Below, one piece after another: positions 26,797 to 36,401 of a stretch of 37,787 nt of DNA. The notes under the pieces were generated by a model that saw only the letters and a list, made by a program, of their open reading frames with translations, was not told the DNA's origin and did not search any database. The number at the start of each line of letters is the position of its first letter. Positions within the stretch are counted from its first letter, which is position 1. Position numbers and translations under genes: made by a program. The stretch covers positions 1 to 37,787 of the forward strand of contig CALYAI010000003.1 in the NCBI GenBank assembly GCA_944393475.1. Direction: 5' to 3'. The DNA comes from an uncultured Clostridia bacterium (GTDB lineage Bacteria > Bacillota > Clostridia > TANB77 > CAG-508).

Positions 26797-29700
26797 TTTT
26801 TCTTAATCCTCCCTTCTTTCTTATTATCGCTATAGCTATAATTGCTAATATTGCTAAAATTATTATTACTGCTATTGTTATTTGTAAAGCACCTGTGCTT
26901 ACACCAATTATTAATTGTGCTGTGTTATTTTGATTATTAATATTTATCTTAATATTTTCATTTGAACTTTTTACTTCTTCTATATCTGCTTTATTTGTAA
27001 CCTTTTTACCTTCACCTTCTGCTCCGGTTGATGTTGTCATTATTAATTTTAATGATTTTGTTTCTCCTGGTGCTAACTTAGTATTTTCTAATTCTGTTGT
27101 TGCTATTTTGTCTCCTTTTTGGTACCAATCTCCAGAAGCATCATTTAATTTTAATCCTTCACTTGGAGTATCTATTATTTCTTGTATTGTTTCTTCTGCT
27201 TCTCCTGTGTTTTGTATATCTATTGTATATTCAATAGCAATTTGAGCATTTTTTATTTCCTTAGAATGTATTTCTAATTTAGCAATTTGTTTTCTATCAT
27301 AGTCATATGAAGTTGTACGTTTACTTGTACTTACAGCAACTTTTGTAATTGATTTTGTTATTGTTAAGCTTCTTTCTGCTACTTCTATAAATCCTGCATT
27401 TACATTCTCTAAATCTATATCATTAAGATTTAGTTCTTCTGTTGCTGCAACATTTTTTGTTTCTCCATTTTGTTCGATGGTTGTTGAGATTACATCTGAA
27501 TTTGTATCTTCATCTGCTCCATTTACTTTATATGGAGAAATATAATATTTAGATGTATCATATTCGAATACAACTCTATAATTTCCTGGCTCTAAGCTTG
27601 TAAATTCATAATATCCATTATTTGTTGTAGTCGTATTGTTTACTATTGCTCCTGTTGATGTTATTAGTAATACTTCCATTCCAGGAATATTTGATTCTGA
27701 AGTATCTTTTATACCATTTTTGTTAGTATCATTCCATACAAATCCACCTATTGCTCTTTTTCCTGTTGAAGGATTATTTGGATTGTCTGGATCTTCTGGG
27801 TTATCAGGATCACTTGGATTATCTGGATCTTCTGGATTGTCTGGATCTTCTACTTCTCCAATTTCATCAACAACTTTATGTCTTATCGTATTGGATTGTT
27901 TTACTCCCTCTGCTTCATATGCATTCAATAATACTGTATTTTCTATCTCTTTATCATTATTTAAATATGTATTAATATTTGTATCTATTATTAATGTTAC
28001 TTTTTCTCCTGGTTGCATGGTACAAGATATATTATATGTTTGTCCAGTATATTGGACTTCTTTTCTTTCTCCATTTTGTTCTATATAGATATTGTTAATA
28101 ACTGCACTATCTGGAACTGTTCCATAAATTGTAGGAATTCCCTCAAGTTCACCAATATTTGTTATTTCTGTTGTATAGATTAAATTATCTCCTTGATGTA
28201 ATTCTCCCTCTATATTTGCTGTTTGAACTAATGAAAAATCCGTTAGCATTTTTTTGACTGTAAAATCTACAATTCCTGACACATATTCAGTATCTTCATA
28301 TACCATATTGCAAAATGTATAGAATGATTTTGTAACATCTTCATCCTCTATTTTCTTAAAGCTTCCATATACATACATTGATATTTCTTCATTTGGTTGC
28401 AATGTATTTATATTTATTTTTAATGTATTATCTTTATTTTCCAATATACTTGTTCTGTCAGATTCAACATTTGACATAATCACATCATTTGTAAACTCTA
28501 TATGTTGTGTATAAAATAAATTAAGTGTTAGATTGCTCATTGTTTCAGCTGTTAAATTTTTAATTGCAATCTTAAAAACTACCATTCCTCCCTCTACTAG
28601 TTCATCAGGATATCCTGCAGTTGTATCTGGTGCTAATGTTAATTTTACTTTACTATCTACAATTGGGTTTGTAATAGTTTTTATTTCTTTTTCTTCTATT
28701 GAATCTGCAGATATTTTAACGTTAGCAGATGTCGAACTATTATCTCCGTTTTTCTTTACTACTACTTCGTATGAAAATTCCTTTGTTTCTCCGGCTGCTA
28801 TCATTTCTGCTGAAAAGTCCATTTGTTTTCTATCTGGATTTTCGAAATAAGCATGATCTTCTTGTCCATCTTCCATAGTTTTTACCAAAAATTCATAGAA
28901 CACTGCATTTTCATTTGTAGCAGTAACTTTTACATTATTTATTGCTTGATCTGTTGTATTTGTTACTTTAATAATGTATTTTAAGTTTTGTTCATTTCCT
29001 ACACTCTCGCCATCTTTTAATGAAACATTTCCCTTCATTACAGAGATTTCTGTTTTTAACTGATCTTCATCGACTGTTGAAGCTTGTGGCTCTTGGTTTA
29101 CCATTTGCATATCTTCTGTAGAAACTTTCATTCCTGACCAGTTATTTACTGAATTTTCATTTTGTTTAGCATTTGCTATAAAAGCTAAGTATGAGCTTTT
29201 ACTATATGATATGTTTCCAGGTATTTTTAAATCATATTCTACTGTTACCATATCTCCTTTAGCAAAAGAATCTCCAAAAGATATTTTGAATAAGTTACTA
29301 TTCATTGTCTTTGTTTCTGACCAATTTTGATTATCTTCTGAATAATATATTTTTGCATCGTTTCTGTTAATTGTCACATTTCCTGCTATTTCTGCATTAA
29401 AACTTGATGTAATTGTATTTTCTCCCAATGTATATTGTTGGTCTCTACGAGGTAACATACCTGTTAATTCAAAATTATTAACTGAATCATCAAAGTTATT
29501 TGTAATAGTTTCTTTTACATGTATTGTTTGTGAAGCTGTATTAGCTCTTACTTTTACTTCTTCTAATTCTTTGTTTTTAGAAATTGCTGTGTCATTTGCT
29601 AAAGTTGTCATTATAAATCCATATGGTGCTGTTATTTTAACTGGAATATTAACTACTCCGCCATTATCATATGTTATTGCCTTTTCATTTGTATACGTAT

Positions 29701-31648
29701 ATGTAATATTTGTGTCTCTAGATGTTAGATTTTGGTATACTTTAACATTTCCTGTTATAGCTATCTGTGTATTTGCTGTTATGTCATTATTTAAGTATTC
29801 TAATTGCTCTCCTTCTATAGTAATAGTAAGAACTTTTCTTCCATCTTCTAAATTTGTCATTTCAGCATTTGTTAATTTTAGTCCGTTTTCAAAAGTAATT
29901 CCTACTGTTTCTATATTTACTTCTTCGAACTCAGATGGGAATACTACTTGTAATACAGGATTCTTATATAAATCATAATCCATACTTTGAGTATTTAAAT
30001 TTATTTTCATATTTATTGCTGTTCTATCATCTGCTGTATTAAATTCTGTCTTATCCAATTCTACTGTTGATTTTGTAACAGTATCATATAAATTAATGTC
30101 TTTTTCTACTGTACTTGTATAGATCATATTGTTATTTGTAAATATTAATCTTAATTGTTTTACTGCTTTTAATGTATCGTTATCTATTCCATGATTGCTT
30201 CTAATCTTTTTAGTACTATTTATATGTATACTTCCAATCTTCTCTGGATTTTTAATTAAAAATCTAAGTCTAGATATATTATTATATACTATGTTTATAT
30301 TTCCATTTTCATCTGCAGTTGCATCTTTATTTAATGTTCCTAATAAAGTTCCTGTTTCTGCGTCATAGATTTCTAATGTTCCATTTTCTCCTAAAACATT
30401 TGTAAGTTCTTCTTTAGATATACTTGAATTTGTATAATATGTGCTATTTATTATGTTTAGATTAACACTATCTCCTGTAAACATATTTCCTTGTTCTACT
30501 ATTTCTATGTCTTTTCCTGGTAAAATATATTGTACTTGTATATCCATATTTACATTAAATTGCATTTCATATTTTTGCCAATATAGATATCCCTTTGTAA
30601 TATTGTCCGCACTATTTATATTTAATATTGTTGTTTGATTGTTTTGCTCTTTTTCTAAATTATTTTGGAAACTAATATTCGTTTCTTCTCCATTATATGG
30701 TTTTACTTTTAAGTTTTGGTTTGCAACAATATTTACTTTTCCTATATTAAATTGTGTTCCATAAACATATATTATGTTATATTCAATATTTCCAGAAAGA
30801 TTAGCTATTTCACCATTTTCGTTTGGAGTATTTTCTTTTTTTATGACCAAAGACTTATCTTGCGTATTATATTGGAATTCATTTTCTGAAAGTCTTCTTC
30901 CATTTTCTATTATTTCTACTGTTTCTGGAGCAATACCATTTATATCTGGTACATTTGTAGATACCTCTACATTTTCCATAGGTATTGTAGTTCCATTAAT
31001 ACTTCCTGAAACTTTTGAAACAACTATTGATTTACCTTCTGCTTCAATATAGTTTTCTATGGTTGATTGTAAATTACCCTGTACTTTAGATGTCCATTGA
31101 AGTTTTACAGTTATCTTGCTAGATAGTTCTTTTCCAGTTTTATTACTATCTGCATATGTTCCTGCAAAATTTATCTCCGTATCTCTTTCTAGGTCTGTTA
31201 GGTTTATAGTATCCCCTGCTTTATAGCTTATCTTTACAGGTATTTCAACATTTTCTGCTATTGAATTTAATTCGATGCTATTTTCCCCTTCATTTACGCT
31301 CTTTACCAAATTATTTGCTTTTAATGCTTCGTAATCAATTGCAAAATTTGGGTTGTTAAATGTTATTTTAACATTTTGAACAATTCCCTCTTCTAGGTCT
31401 AGGCTTAAATAAATTTCATTTTCACCATTCGTATCTGCAATTACATTACGAATTTTCTTGTTTTCGCTTTTAAAATACGCATCAAATTCGACTTTTTTGT
31501 CTCCTGCTTCAGTCCTTTGATTGTTATAATCCACTGCTGCTGCATAAATTTCTGACAAAAAAGTTCCATAAGATGATAATATCAACATTACAACTATTAA
31601 TGCTGATATTAGCTTGTTGCCTTTTCTTAATACTTTTTCTCTTTCCAT
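26786..31648 (-). CDS. Large cell-surface protein (DUF11-like repeats, Pro/Asp linker, SdrD-B-like domain, C-terminal anchor)
   Basis: ATG 31648 after AAGGGGTG; signal peptide; LKYIIKVTNT and LIYTTEITNIG repeats; IGGFVWNDTNKNGIKD...GYYEFTSLEPGNYRVVFEY; ends GVSTG + TM + RKK. Overlaps the next gene by 11 nt. Confidence 0.85.
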   Translation of the reverse strand: MEREKVLRKGNKLISALIVVMLILSSYGTFLSEIYAAAVDYNNQRTEAGDKKVEFDAYFKSENKKIRNVIADTNGENEIYLSLDLEEGIVQNVKITFNNPNFAIDYEALKANNLVKSVNEGENSIELNSIAENVEIPVKISYKAGDTINLTDLERDTEINFAGTYADSNKTGKELSSKITVKLQWTSKVQGNLQSTIENYIEAEGKSIVVSKVSGSINGTTIPMENVEVSTNVPDINGIAPETVEIIENGRRLSENEFQYNTQDKSLVIKKENTPNENGEIANLSGNIEYNIIYVYGTQFNIGKVNIVANQNLKVKPYNGEETNISFQNNLEKEQNNQTTILNINSADNITKGYLYWQKYEMQFNVNMDIQVQYILPGKDIEIVEQGNMFTGDSVNLNIINSTYYTNSSISKEELTNVLGENGTLEIYDAETGTLLGTLNKDATADENGNINIVYNNISRLRFLIKNPEKIGSIHINSTKKIRSNHGIDNDTLKAVKQLRLIFTNNNMIYTSTVEKDINLYDTVTKSTVELDKTEFNTADDRTAINMKINLNTQSMDYDLYKNPVLQVVFPSEFEEVNIETVGITFENGLKLTNAEMTNLEDGRKVLTITIEGEQLEYLNNDITANTQIAITGNVKVYQNLTSRDTNITYTYTNEKAITYDNGGVVNIPVKITAPYGFIMTTLANDTAISKNKELEEVKVRANTASQTIHVKETITNNFDDSVNNFELTGMLPRRDQQYTLGENTITSSFNAEIAGNVTINRNDAKIYYSEDNQNWSETKTMNSNLFKISFGDSFAKGDMVTVEYDLKIPGNISYSKSSYLAFIANAKQNENSVNNWSGMKVSTEDMQMVNQEPQASTVDEDQLKTEISVMKGNVSLKDGESVGNEQNLKYIIKVTNTTDQAINNVKVTATNENAVFYEFLVKTMEDGQEDHAYFENPDRKQMDFSAEMIAAGETKEFSYEVVVKKNGDNSSTSANVKISADSIEEKEIKTITNPIVDSKVKLTLAPDTTAGYPDELVEGGMVVFKIAIKNLTAETMSNLTLNLFYTQHIEFTNDVIMSNVESDRTSILENKDNTLKININTLQPNEEISMYVYGSFKKIEDEDVTKSFYTFCNMVYEDTEYVSGIVDFTVKKMLTDFSLVQTANIEGELHQGDNLIYTTEITNIGELEGIPTIYGTVPDSAVINNIYIEQNGERKEVQYTGQTYNISCTMQPGEKVTLIIDTNINTYLNNDKEIENTVLLNAYEAEGVKQSNTIRHKVVDEIGEVEDPDNPEDPDNPSDPDNPEDPDNPNNPSTGKRAIGGFVWNDTNKNGIKDTSESNIPGMEVLLITSTGAIVNNTTTTNNGYYEFTSLEPGNYRVVFEYDTSKYYISPYKVNGADEDTNSDVISTTIEQNGETKNVAATEELNLNDIDLENVNAGFIEVAERSLTITKSITKVAVSTSKRTTSYDYDRKQIAKLEIHSKEIKNAQIAIEYTIDIQNTGEAEETIQEIIDTPSEGLKLNDASGDWYQKGDKIATTELENTKLAPGETKSLKLIMTTSTGAEGEGKKVTNKADIEEVKSSNENIKININNQNNTAQLIIGVSTGALQITIAVIIILAILAIIAIAIIRKKGGLRKNEN
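27771..27850 (-). repeat. 18-bp coding tandem repeat, (E/S)DPDNP x4
   Basis: Translation EDPDNPEDPDNPSDPDNPEDPDNPNNP; DNA copies differ at synonymous positions. Confidence 0.9.
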
Positions 31649-31685
31649 AGGAACACCCCTTAATTGCATAAATATTATTATTATC

Positions 31686-31714
31686 AATATAGCAACATAT
31701 TTTTCTTAATTCAA
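31686..31714 (-). promoter_or_regulatory. SigA-type promoter for the surface-protein operon
   Basis: Minus strand TTGAAT-17 nt (ending TGC)-TATATT. Confidence 0.6.
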
Positions 31715-31844
31715 TATGTATTATTTTGCTTGGCCTTTTACCCCGAAATTGGCTCTACGGATATTACTTTTAAGGAATTGTTACATCTTTATTAAATCTT
31801 TGTTTATTTTGCATGACGCAACATATTTTTATGTTTTTAGACAC

Positions 31845-31887
31845 AAAAAAACACCATAGAATTTTTTTTATTCTATAGTGCTTTTTT
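31845..31887 (-). terminator. Intrinsic terminator after the M23 gene
   Basis: Minus strand GCACTATAGAAT...ATTCTATGGTGT-TTTTTT. Confidence 0.8.
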
Positions 31888-31910
31888 ATTCATATTTCAA
31901 CATTTTTTAA

Positions 31911-33161
31911 CTATGGTAAGTATTTTGCTGGATCGACTCTTTGTGAACCATTAACTCTTATTTCGAAGTGCAAATGTGCTCCACCCGTAGGGTTGCTAGG
32001 TGTTGGTCTTGGTTGTACATTTCCTGTATTACCAACTGTCATTATTTGTTGTCCTTGTGATACTCTTTGTCCTTCTTTTACTAATCTACTTCCTGGCTTT
32101 CCATGTGCATATAATGTTATATTACCATCATCATGCAATATTGCTATATATTCGCCATAACTTCTATACTTTCCTATTAAATTTCCATTTGAATCATAGT
32201 TTGGTATGGTTCCTGTTAATGTTTCTGAAATTACAACTGTACCACTCTTAGCAGCTACTACTGGTTTTCCATAGTTTCCTCCAAAATCTGCTCCGCCATG
32301 TCCAGAATATCCATAAAAACCACATGTTATATTTCTTTTACTTAATCCTGGGATTGGGCATATATATCCCTTACTACTTGTTCCTCCAGAATTATTGCTT
32401 GATCCTCCTGAGCTACCACTAGAGCCATTTCCTTTATTGTTGTTTTTATTTGCATTAGCTATTGCTTCAAGTCTTGCATCTATTGCTGCTTTATCCTTTT
32501 CAAACTGTGCTAAATCTTTTTGTAAATCACTTGCTTGACCCTGCAAACTATTTATGTATTTTTCTTTTTCCTTTTTTGTAGAATTTAACTCCTGCGTTTT
32601 TACTTCTTTTTCACTTTTTAAATCTTCTATTTGTAATTTATCATCTTCCAATGATTTCTTAGTTGCTTCTATTTCTTTCTGTTCTTTTTGTATTCTTTCT
32701 AATAAGTCCAAGTCATAAGAAGCTAACTCGGAAATTAAATAATAATTAGAAATAAATTCTGTTAAACTATTTGAAGACAATAGTACATCTAAATATGAAA
32801 CACTTCCTGTTTCATATATTGTTATTAATCTTTCATCCAACAAATTTGAATTTTCCTCATATGCTTTTTGTTGTTCTTCTAATTTTTTTTCGTTTTCTGA
32901 TATATTAGTATTTAATGTATCTAATTTGTCATTTAGTGCATCGATTGAACCTTGGTATTCATCAATCTTGCTCTGTATATTGTCTACCTCATTTTCTGTA
33001 TCCGTCTTTGTTTCGTTTACTTCGTTTAACTTATTTTTTGTCTCGTTTATTTTGTCTTGCAAATCTTTTGAATCCTGTGTTGAAACTCCTAAAGATATAT
33101 TAGTCATAACACAGATTAATATTATTAATATGACTAATATTTGTTTTAGCATTTGTTTCAT
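31911..33161 (-). CDS. Secreted coiled-coil plus M23 peptidase (murein hydrolase, EnvC/CwlO-like architecture)
   Basis: Signal peptide; PcsB-like coiled coil (YLDVLLSSNSLTEFI); G/S/N linker; M23 HGGAD and HLHFE zinc motifs intact. ATG 33161 follows GGAAAGGG. Confidence 0.9.
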   Translation of the reverse strand: MKQMLKQILVILIILICVMTNISLGVSTQDSKDLQDKINETKNKLNEVNETKTDTENEVDNIQSKIDEYQGSIDALNDKLDTLNTNISENEKKLEEQQKAYEENSNLLDERLITIYETGSVSYLDVLLSSNSLTEFISNYYLISELASYDLDLLERIQKEQKEIEATKKSLEDDKLQIEDLKSEKEVKTQELNSTKKEKEKYINSLQGQASDLQKDLAQFEKDKAAIDARLEAIANANKNNNKGNGSSGSSGGSSNNSGGTSSKGYICPIPGLSKRNITCGFYGYSGHGGADFGGNYGKPVVAAKSGTVVISETLTGTIPNYDSNGNLIGKYRSYGEYIAILHDDGNITLYAHGKPGSRLVKEGQRVSQGQQIMTVGNTGNVQPRPTPSNPTGGAHLHFEIRVNGSQRVDPAKYLP

Positions 33162-33234
33162 AATACATTCAACCCTTTCCAAGGCATAAATAGGTATGAA
33201 AGTTATTCTTTCGTACTATTTCCCTTTCAATATT

Positions 33235-33501
33235 TTATATTGATTTTTCTTTTAGAATTGCTACCAACAATTCATTTTCTTGTATTTTTTCTTTTTTACC
33301 TTTGTATGTATATTCTTCTCCTGTTTTATATACCAAGTATCCTGTATTCATTAATTTTTGAGCAATTAAACTTAAAAAAGTAATTGAATCTTCTTCTGAT
33401 AAATTCAATTTCATTCTTACTTCGTAAAAAGAAAATTTAATAATTTCTCTGTTTTGTGCTAGTTTTGCATTTAAATAATTATCTACAAATTCTAACGTCA
33501 T
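33235..33501 (-). CDS. Small hypothetical protein (88 aa)
   Basis: AAAGGAG RBS then ATG 33501 (MTLEFVDNY...). The ORF-track upstream extension runs through the tRNA terminator. Confidence 0.75.
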   Translation of the reverse strand: MTLEFVDNYLNAKLAQNREIIKFSFYEVRMKLNLSEEDSITFLSLIAQKLMNTGYLVYKTGEEYTYKGKKEKIQENELLVAILKEKSI

Positions 33502-33545
33502 TATATATCTCCTTTGGTTTTTTTGTATAATATCACAAAAACATA

Positions 33546-33573
33546 AAAAAAACAACACTTTTTAGTGTTGTTT
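33546..33573 (-). terminator. Terminator after tRNA-Lys
   Basis: Minus strand AAACAACACT-AAA-AGTGTTGTTT-TTTTT. Confidence 0.8.
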
Positions 33574-33649
33574 TGGTGCACCACCGGGGGGTCGAACCCC
33601 GGACCTTCTGATTAAGAGTCAGCTGCTCTACCAACTGAGCTAGTGGTGC
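33574..33649 (-). tRNA. tRNA-Lys (anticodon CTT)
   Basis: 76-nt cloverleaf: acceptor GCACCAC/GTGGTGC-A-CCA, D arm AGCTCAGTTGGTAGAGC, anticodon loop CT-CTT-AA, T arm CGGGG-TTCGACC-CCCG. Confidence 0.97.
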
Positions 33650-33673
33650 AGTTTCTGTACAAAGTACTTAATA

Positions 33674-33702
33674 AGTATAATACCAAAGTTTTACCTTGTC
33701 AA
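33674..33702 (-). promoter_or_regulatory. SigA promoter for tRNA-Lys
   Basis: Minus strand TTGACA-17 nt-TATACT with an AT-rich upstream element. Confidence 0.8.
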
Positions 33703-33714
33703 GAGGAAATTTTT

Positions 33715-33759
33715 ATAAAATAGATCCTAAAAGTCTATGCCTCTAGGATCTTATTTTAT
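33715..33759 (-). terminator. Terminator after the VanW-family gene
   Basis: ATAAAATAGATCCTA...TAGGATCTTATTTTAT imperfect inverted repeat. Confidence 0.65.
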
Positions 33760-33761
33760 TT

Positions 33762-35573
33762 CTATCCAATTTCATTTGTTTGGTCTTTTTCTGGCTCTGT
33801 TGGTGTTTCCGGATCTGTTGCTGGTGTTTCCGGTTGCTCCGGCTCCGTTGGAGTTGTTGGTTCTGTTGGTGTTGCTGGTTGCTCCGGTGGAGTTTCTGTT
33901 ACTGGTGGTGTTGTTACAACTCCTTTTGTTCCTCTTTTTATTATTGTTGTCATTTGGTTATATTTATCTTTTGAAAGTAATGTTCTAGATACTACTTTTC
34001 CATTTAAGTACATTACTTTATATGCCTCACTATATGTACCATTATGTCCTTTTTGTACTACTTTTTCCTTGCCTTGTTCCAATGTTGCATCATCTTCATA
34101 TTTAGTTTGCATTGGAATGCTTCCAGTTATTTTTGTTTCTATTTTAATTTCGTATTCGGTTTCTTCCTTTATTCCAAATATTGCTACTCTGGCTACTCCT
34201 CCACTTACTGTACTTTTTATTTGTATAGGATATTTTCTTGTATTCTTGAATTTAAAATCGATTGCACCATATACAACTGTTGCATCTCTACCTGCTTTTA
34301 CATATGATGGAACAAATTGGTGGTTACTTCTACTTACTATATCTAAATTTGCAAATATAACTGCATTATATAATGTGGATGTTATTTGGCAAATTCCCCC
34401 ACCTATATCATCAACTACTTTTCCGCCAGCATATGTTGCTGCTTCTTTATATCCTGCTGCTACTGTTCTTTTTCCTACAACCTTGTTATAAGAAAATGTT
34501 TCTCCAGGCATTATAACAGTATTGTTTATCTTATTTGAGGCCAATCTTAAATTTGTAGTTCTGTTTGTATCCCCACCATTATAATATGTTGTAAATTCTC
34601 CCAATAAATCAGGAAATGCTTCTGAACCAATCTTATCAGTTGTTATTTTTGGGTGAGTAATTTTTAAAGGTATTACATATTCATCCTTAACTTCTTCAAG
34701 TAGTTTTTTGGCTTCTTCCATCGAAATTGCAAAGTCTACTCCATCAACATGTGGATATAGTGTAAATGGATCCTTTGTGTAATACGCATCCTTTGCCTCC
34801 GTATGTATTTCGGAATAGATTTTATCCAAATCTATTGGATCTGGTTCTTTATTTCTTGTTGAAATTTGAATTTCTTTTTCAGCGCTTTCCACATTTTTTA
34901 TCTCATTTTCTACTTCTTGTTTTAATGTTTCTTCATCAACTTCTAGCCCTGCTTTTCCTCTGGTTATTATAAGTTCTGATTCCTCTTTATCTATATCATA
35001 ACTACTTTCTACAACTGCACCAGGTATTTGACCATTTATTGTATCTATTTGTTTTGTTAGTTCATCGTTATCATATTCAAAAGGTATTTCTATATTGTTT
35101 TTAACAAAATAATTCTTAATAATGTTAAAATTGTCTATGAATATATTACTGTCCCTACCCACGTTATATGCTTTATCTATTGCTTCATCTAATTTATAAT
35201 TTAGTTGTAATTGTTCAAAACTTATAATTCCTTTATATTCTCCTCCATCTGCTGTTTGTTGATTTGTTTTTACAACTACATCCTCTGTTTTTTTAGTATT
35301 TATTTTTTCCTCTAATAAAGTTTTTATTTCTTCTTTTGTTTTTCCTCCAACCTCTACATTGTTTATAGTAATTCCACTTAATACTTTATCGCTTTTACTA
35401 TTTACCAATGCAAAAACTGTACTTAATATTCCTGCAAGCACGATGATAGCGATTATTATAGCTATTATAATAATCTTTTTTTTCTTGCTTTTATTTTCTT
35501 TCTTTTTACTTTTCTCTTCCTTTTCGATAGGAATTTTATCCTTTTTTTCTAACTTTTCTTGTTCTTCAACCAT
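33762..35573 (-). CDS. VanW-family protein (TM, PG-binding-4, VanW, G5, Pro/Thr/Glu tail; YoaR-like)
   Basis: NRTTNLRLA, PGETFSYNKVVG, GGGICQITSTLYNA, GRDATV, DFKFKN; G5 EKVVQKGHNG...IIKRGTK. Confidence 0.92.
   Translation of the reverse strand: MVEEQEKLEKKDKIPIEKEEKSKKKENKSKKKKIIIIAIIIAIIVLAGILSTVFALVNSKSDKVLSGITINNVEVGGKTKEEIKTLLEEKINTKKTEDVVVKTNQQTADGGEYKGIISFEQLQLNYKLDEAIDKAYNVGRDSNIFIDNFNIIKNYFVKNNIEIPFEYDNDELTKQIDTINGQIPGAVVESSYDIDKEESELIITRGKAGLEVDEETLKQEVENEIKNVESAEKEIQISTRNKEPDPIDLDKIYSEIHTEAKDAYYTKDPFTLYPHVDGVDFAISMEEAKKLLEEVKDEYVIPLKITHPKITTDKIGSEAFPDLLGEFTTYYNGGDTNRTTNLRLASNKINNTVIMPGETFSYNKVVGKRTVAAGYKEAATYAGGKVVDDIGGGICQITSTLYNAVIFANLDIVSRSNHQFVPSYVKAGRDATVVYGAIDFKFKNTRKYPIQIKSTVSGGVARVAIFGIKEETEYEIKIETKITGSIPMQTKYEDDATLEQGKEKVVQKGHNGTYSEAYKVMYLNGKVVSRTLLSKDKYNQMTTIIKRGTKGVVTTPPVTETPPEQPATPTEPTTPTEPEQPETPATDPETPTEPEKDQTNEIG
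33790..33912 (-). repeat. Low-complexity coding repeat (PTEP/PAT/PETP)
   Basis: TTPPVTETPPEQPATPTEPTTPTEPEQPETPATDPETPTEP. Confidence 0.8.
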
Positions 35574-35660
35574 TCTTTTGCTCCCCTTATTTCCCTAATA
35601 TATTATATATTACAGATATATCACAATATGAATATATTTTCAATATTTTTCTGACAATAG

Positions 35661-35689
35661 TAGACTTTTATTTATCAATTTTGTATAAT
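35661..35689 (+). promoter_or_regulatory. SigA-type promoter for the XRE regulator
   Basis: TAGACT-17 nt-TATAAT. Confidence 0.6.
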
Positions 35690-35706
35690 TCTAAAGAGGT
35701 ATAAAT

Positions 35707-36276
35707 ATGTTAGGTAAATTAATTAGAAATAGTAGAAGAAAAAAAAGAAAGAGATTAGAGGATGTTGCAATGGAAGCTGGCATAGATAAAGGTTATTTAA
35801 GCAACATCGAAAATGATAAAAGGAAGCCAACTATTAAGGTATTAAAAGAAGTTTGTAATGCAATTGGTGTTCCATACCAAAAATTCTTGGCTTGTTACGA
35901 TACATATTTGCCAAAAGCTGTTGAAGACTATAATTTTTTTACACATACTGCAGAAGAAAGAATTTTGGTTATAGATGATATAAATGATTTGCATTTTCTA
36001 CCATGTCCATCTTCTGCTGCATCAGCTTCTTTTGCAATACGTATTAATGATGATGCCCTAAATATAGAAAAATATTCCTATGTTTTTATAGATTTAGGTA
36101 CTCCTGTAAAGCCAAATGATGTAGGTCTTTTTTATCTTAATGGAAAGATTTTTATTAGAAGATTATATGTTTATAAGGGAGATCATTTTTCTCTTTATGC
36201 GGATAATCCTAAATATCCAAAAATAAAAGTTAATGATGATGATATTTTTTATATAATTGGGAAAGTTATACAATAA
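35707..36276 (+). CDS. XRE-family HTH regulator with C-terminal S24-like (LexA/CI) domain
   Basis: HTH LEDVAMEAGIDKGYLSNIENDKRKP; C-terminal FAIRINDDAL...IFIRRL...LYADNPKYPKI...FYIIGKVI. Confidence 0.88.
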   Translation: MLGKLIRNSRRKKRKRLEDVAMEAGIDKGYLSNIENDKRKPTIKVLKEVCNAIGVPYQKFLACYDTYLPKAVEDYNFFTHTAEERILVIDDINDLHFLPCPSSAASASFAIRINDDALNIEKYSYVFIDLGTPVKPNDVGLFYLNGKIFIRRLYVYKGDHFSLYADNPKYPKIKVNDDDIFYIIGKVIQ

Positions 36277-36301
36277 TTTTATATTTTTTTGTAAAAAACT
36301 A

Positions 36302-36330
36302 TTGAATAATGTAAAACTTATATATATAAT
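36302..36330 (+). promoter_or_regulatory. SigA-type promoter for the carbohydrate-binding protein gene
   Basis: TTGAAT-17 nt-TATAAT. Confidence 0.6.
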
Positions 36331-36401
36331 AGTATTGGTTTATATTATTGTTTAATTTACAATTTTTAACTAATCAAAAGATAAATGAGGAGAAATGCGA
36401 T

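Noticed and set aside
27771-27850. CRISPR-like repeat array
   Set aside because: These are in-frame 18-bp coding repeats with no spacers and no cas genes.
31650-31910. c-di-GMP-I/II riboswitch or invertible promoter ahead of the adhesin operon
   Set aside because: No GGCAAA/GAAA/GACGCAAAGC-type or class II motifs are present. The long repeats are direct rather than inverted, and no recombinase is nearby. A cmscan would settle it.
33762-35573. Vancomycin resistance locus
   Set aside because: A lone VanW/YoaR-type protein is common in Firmicutes; no vanHAX/vanRS genes are present.
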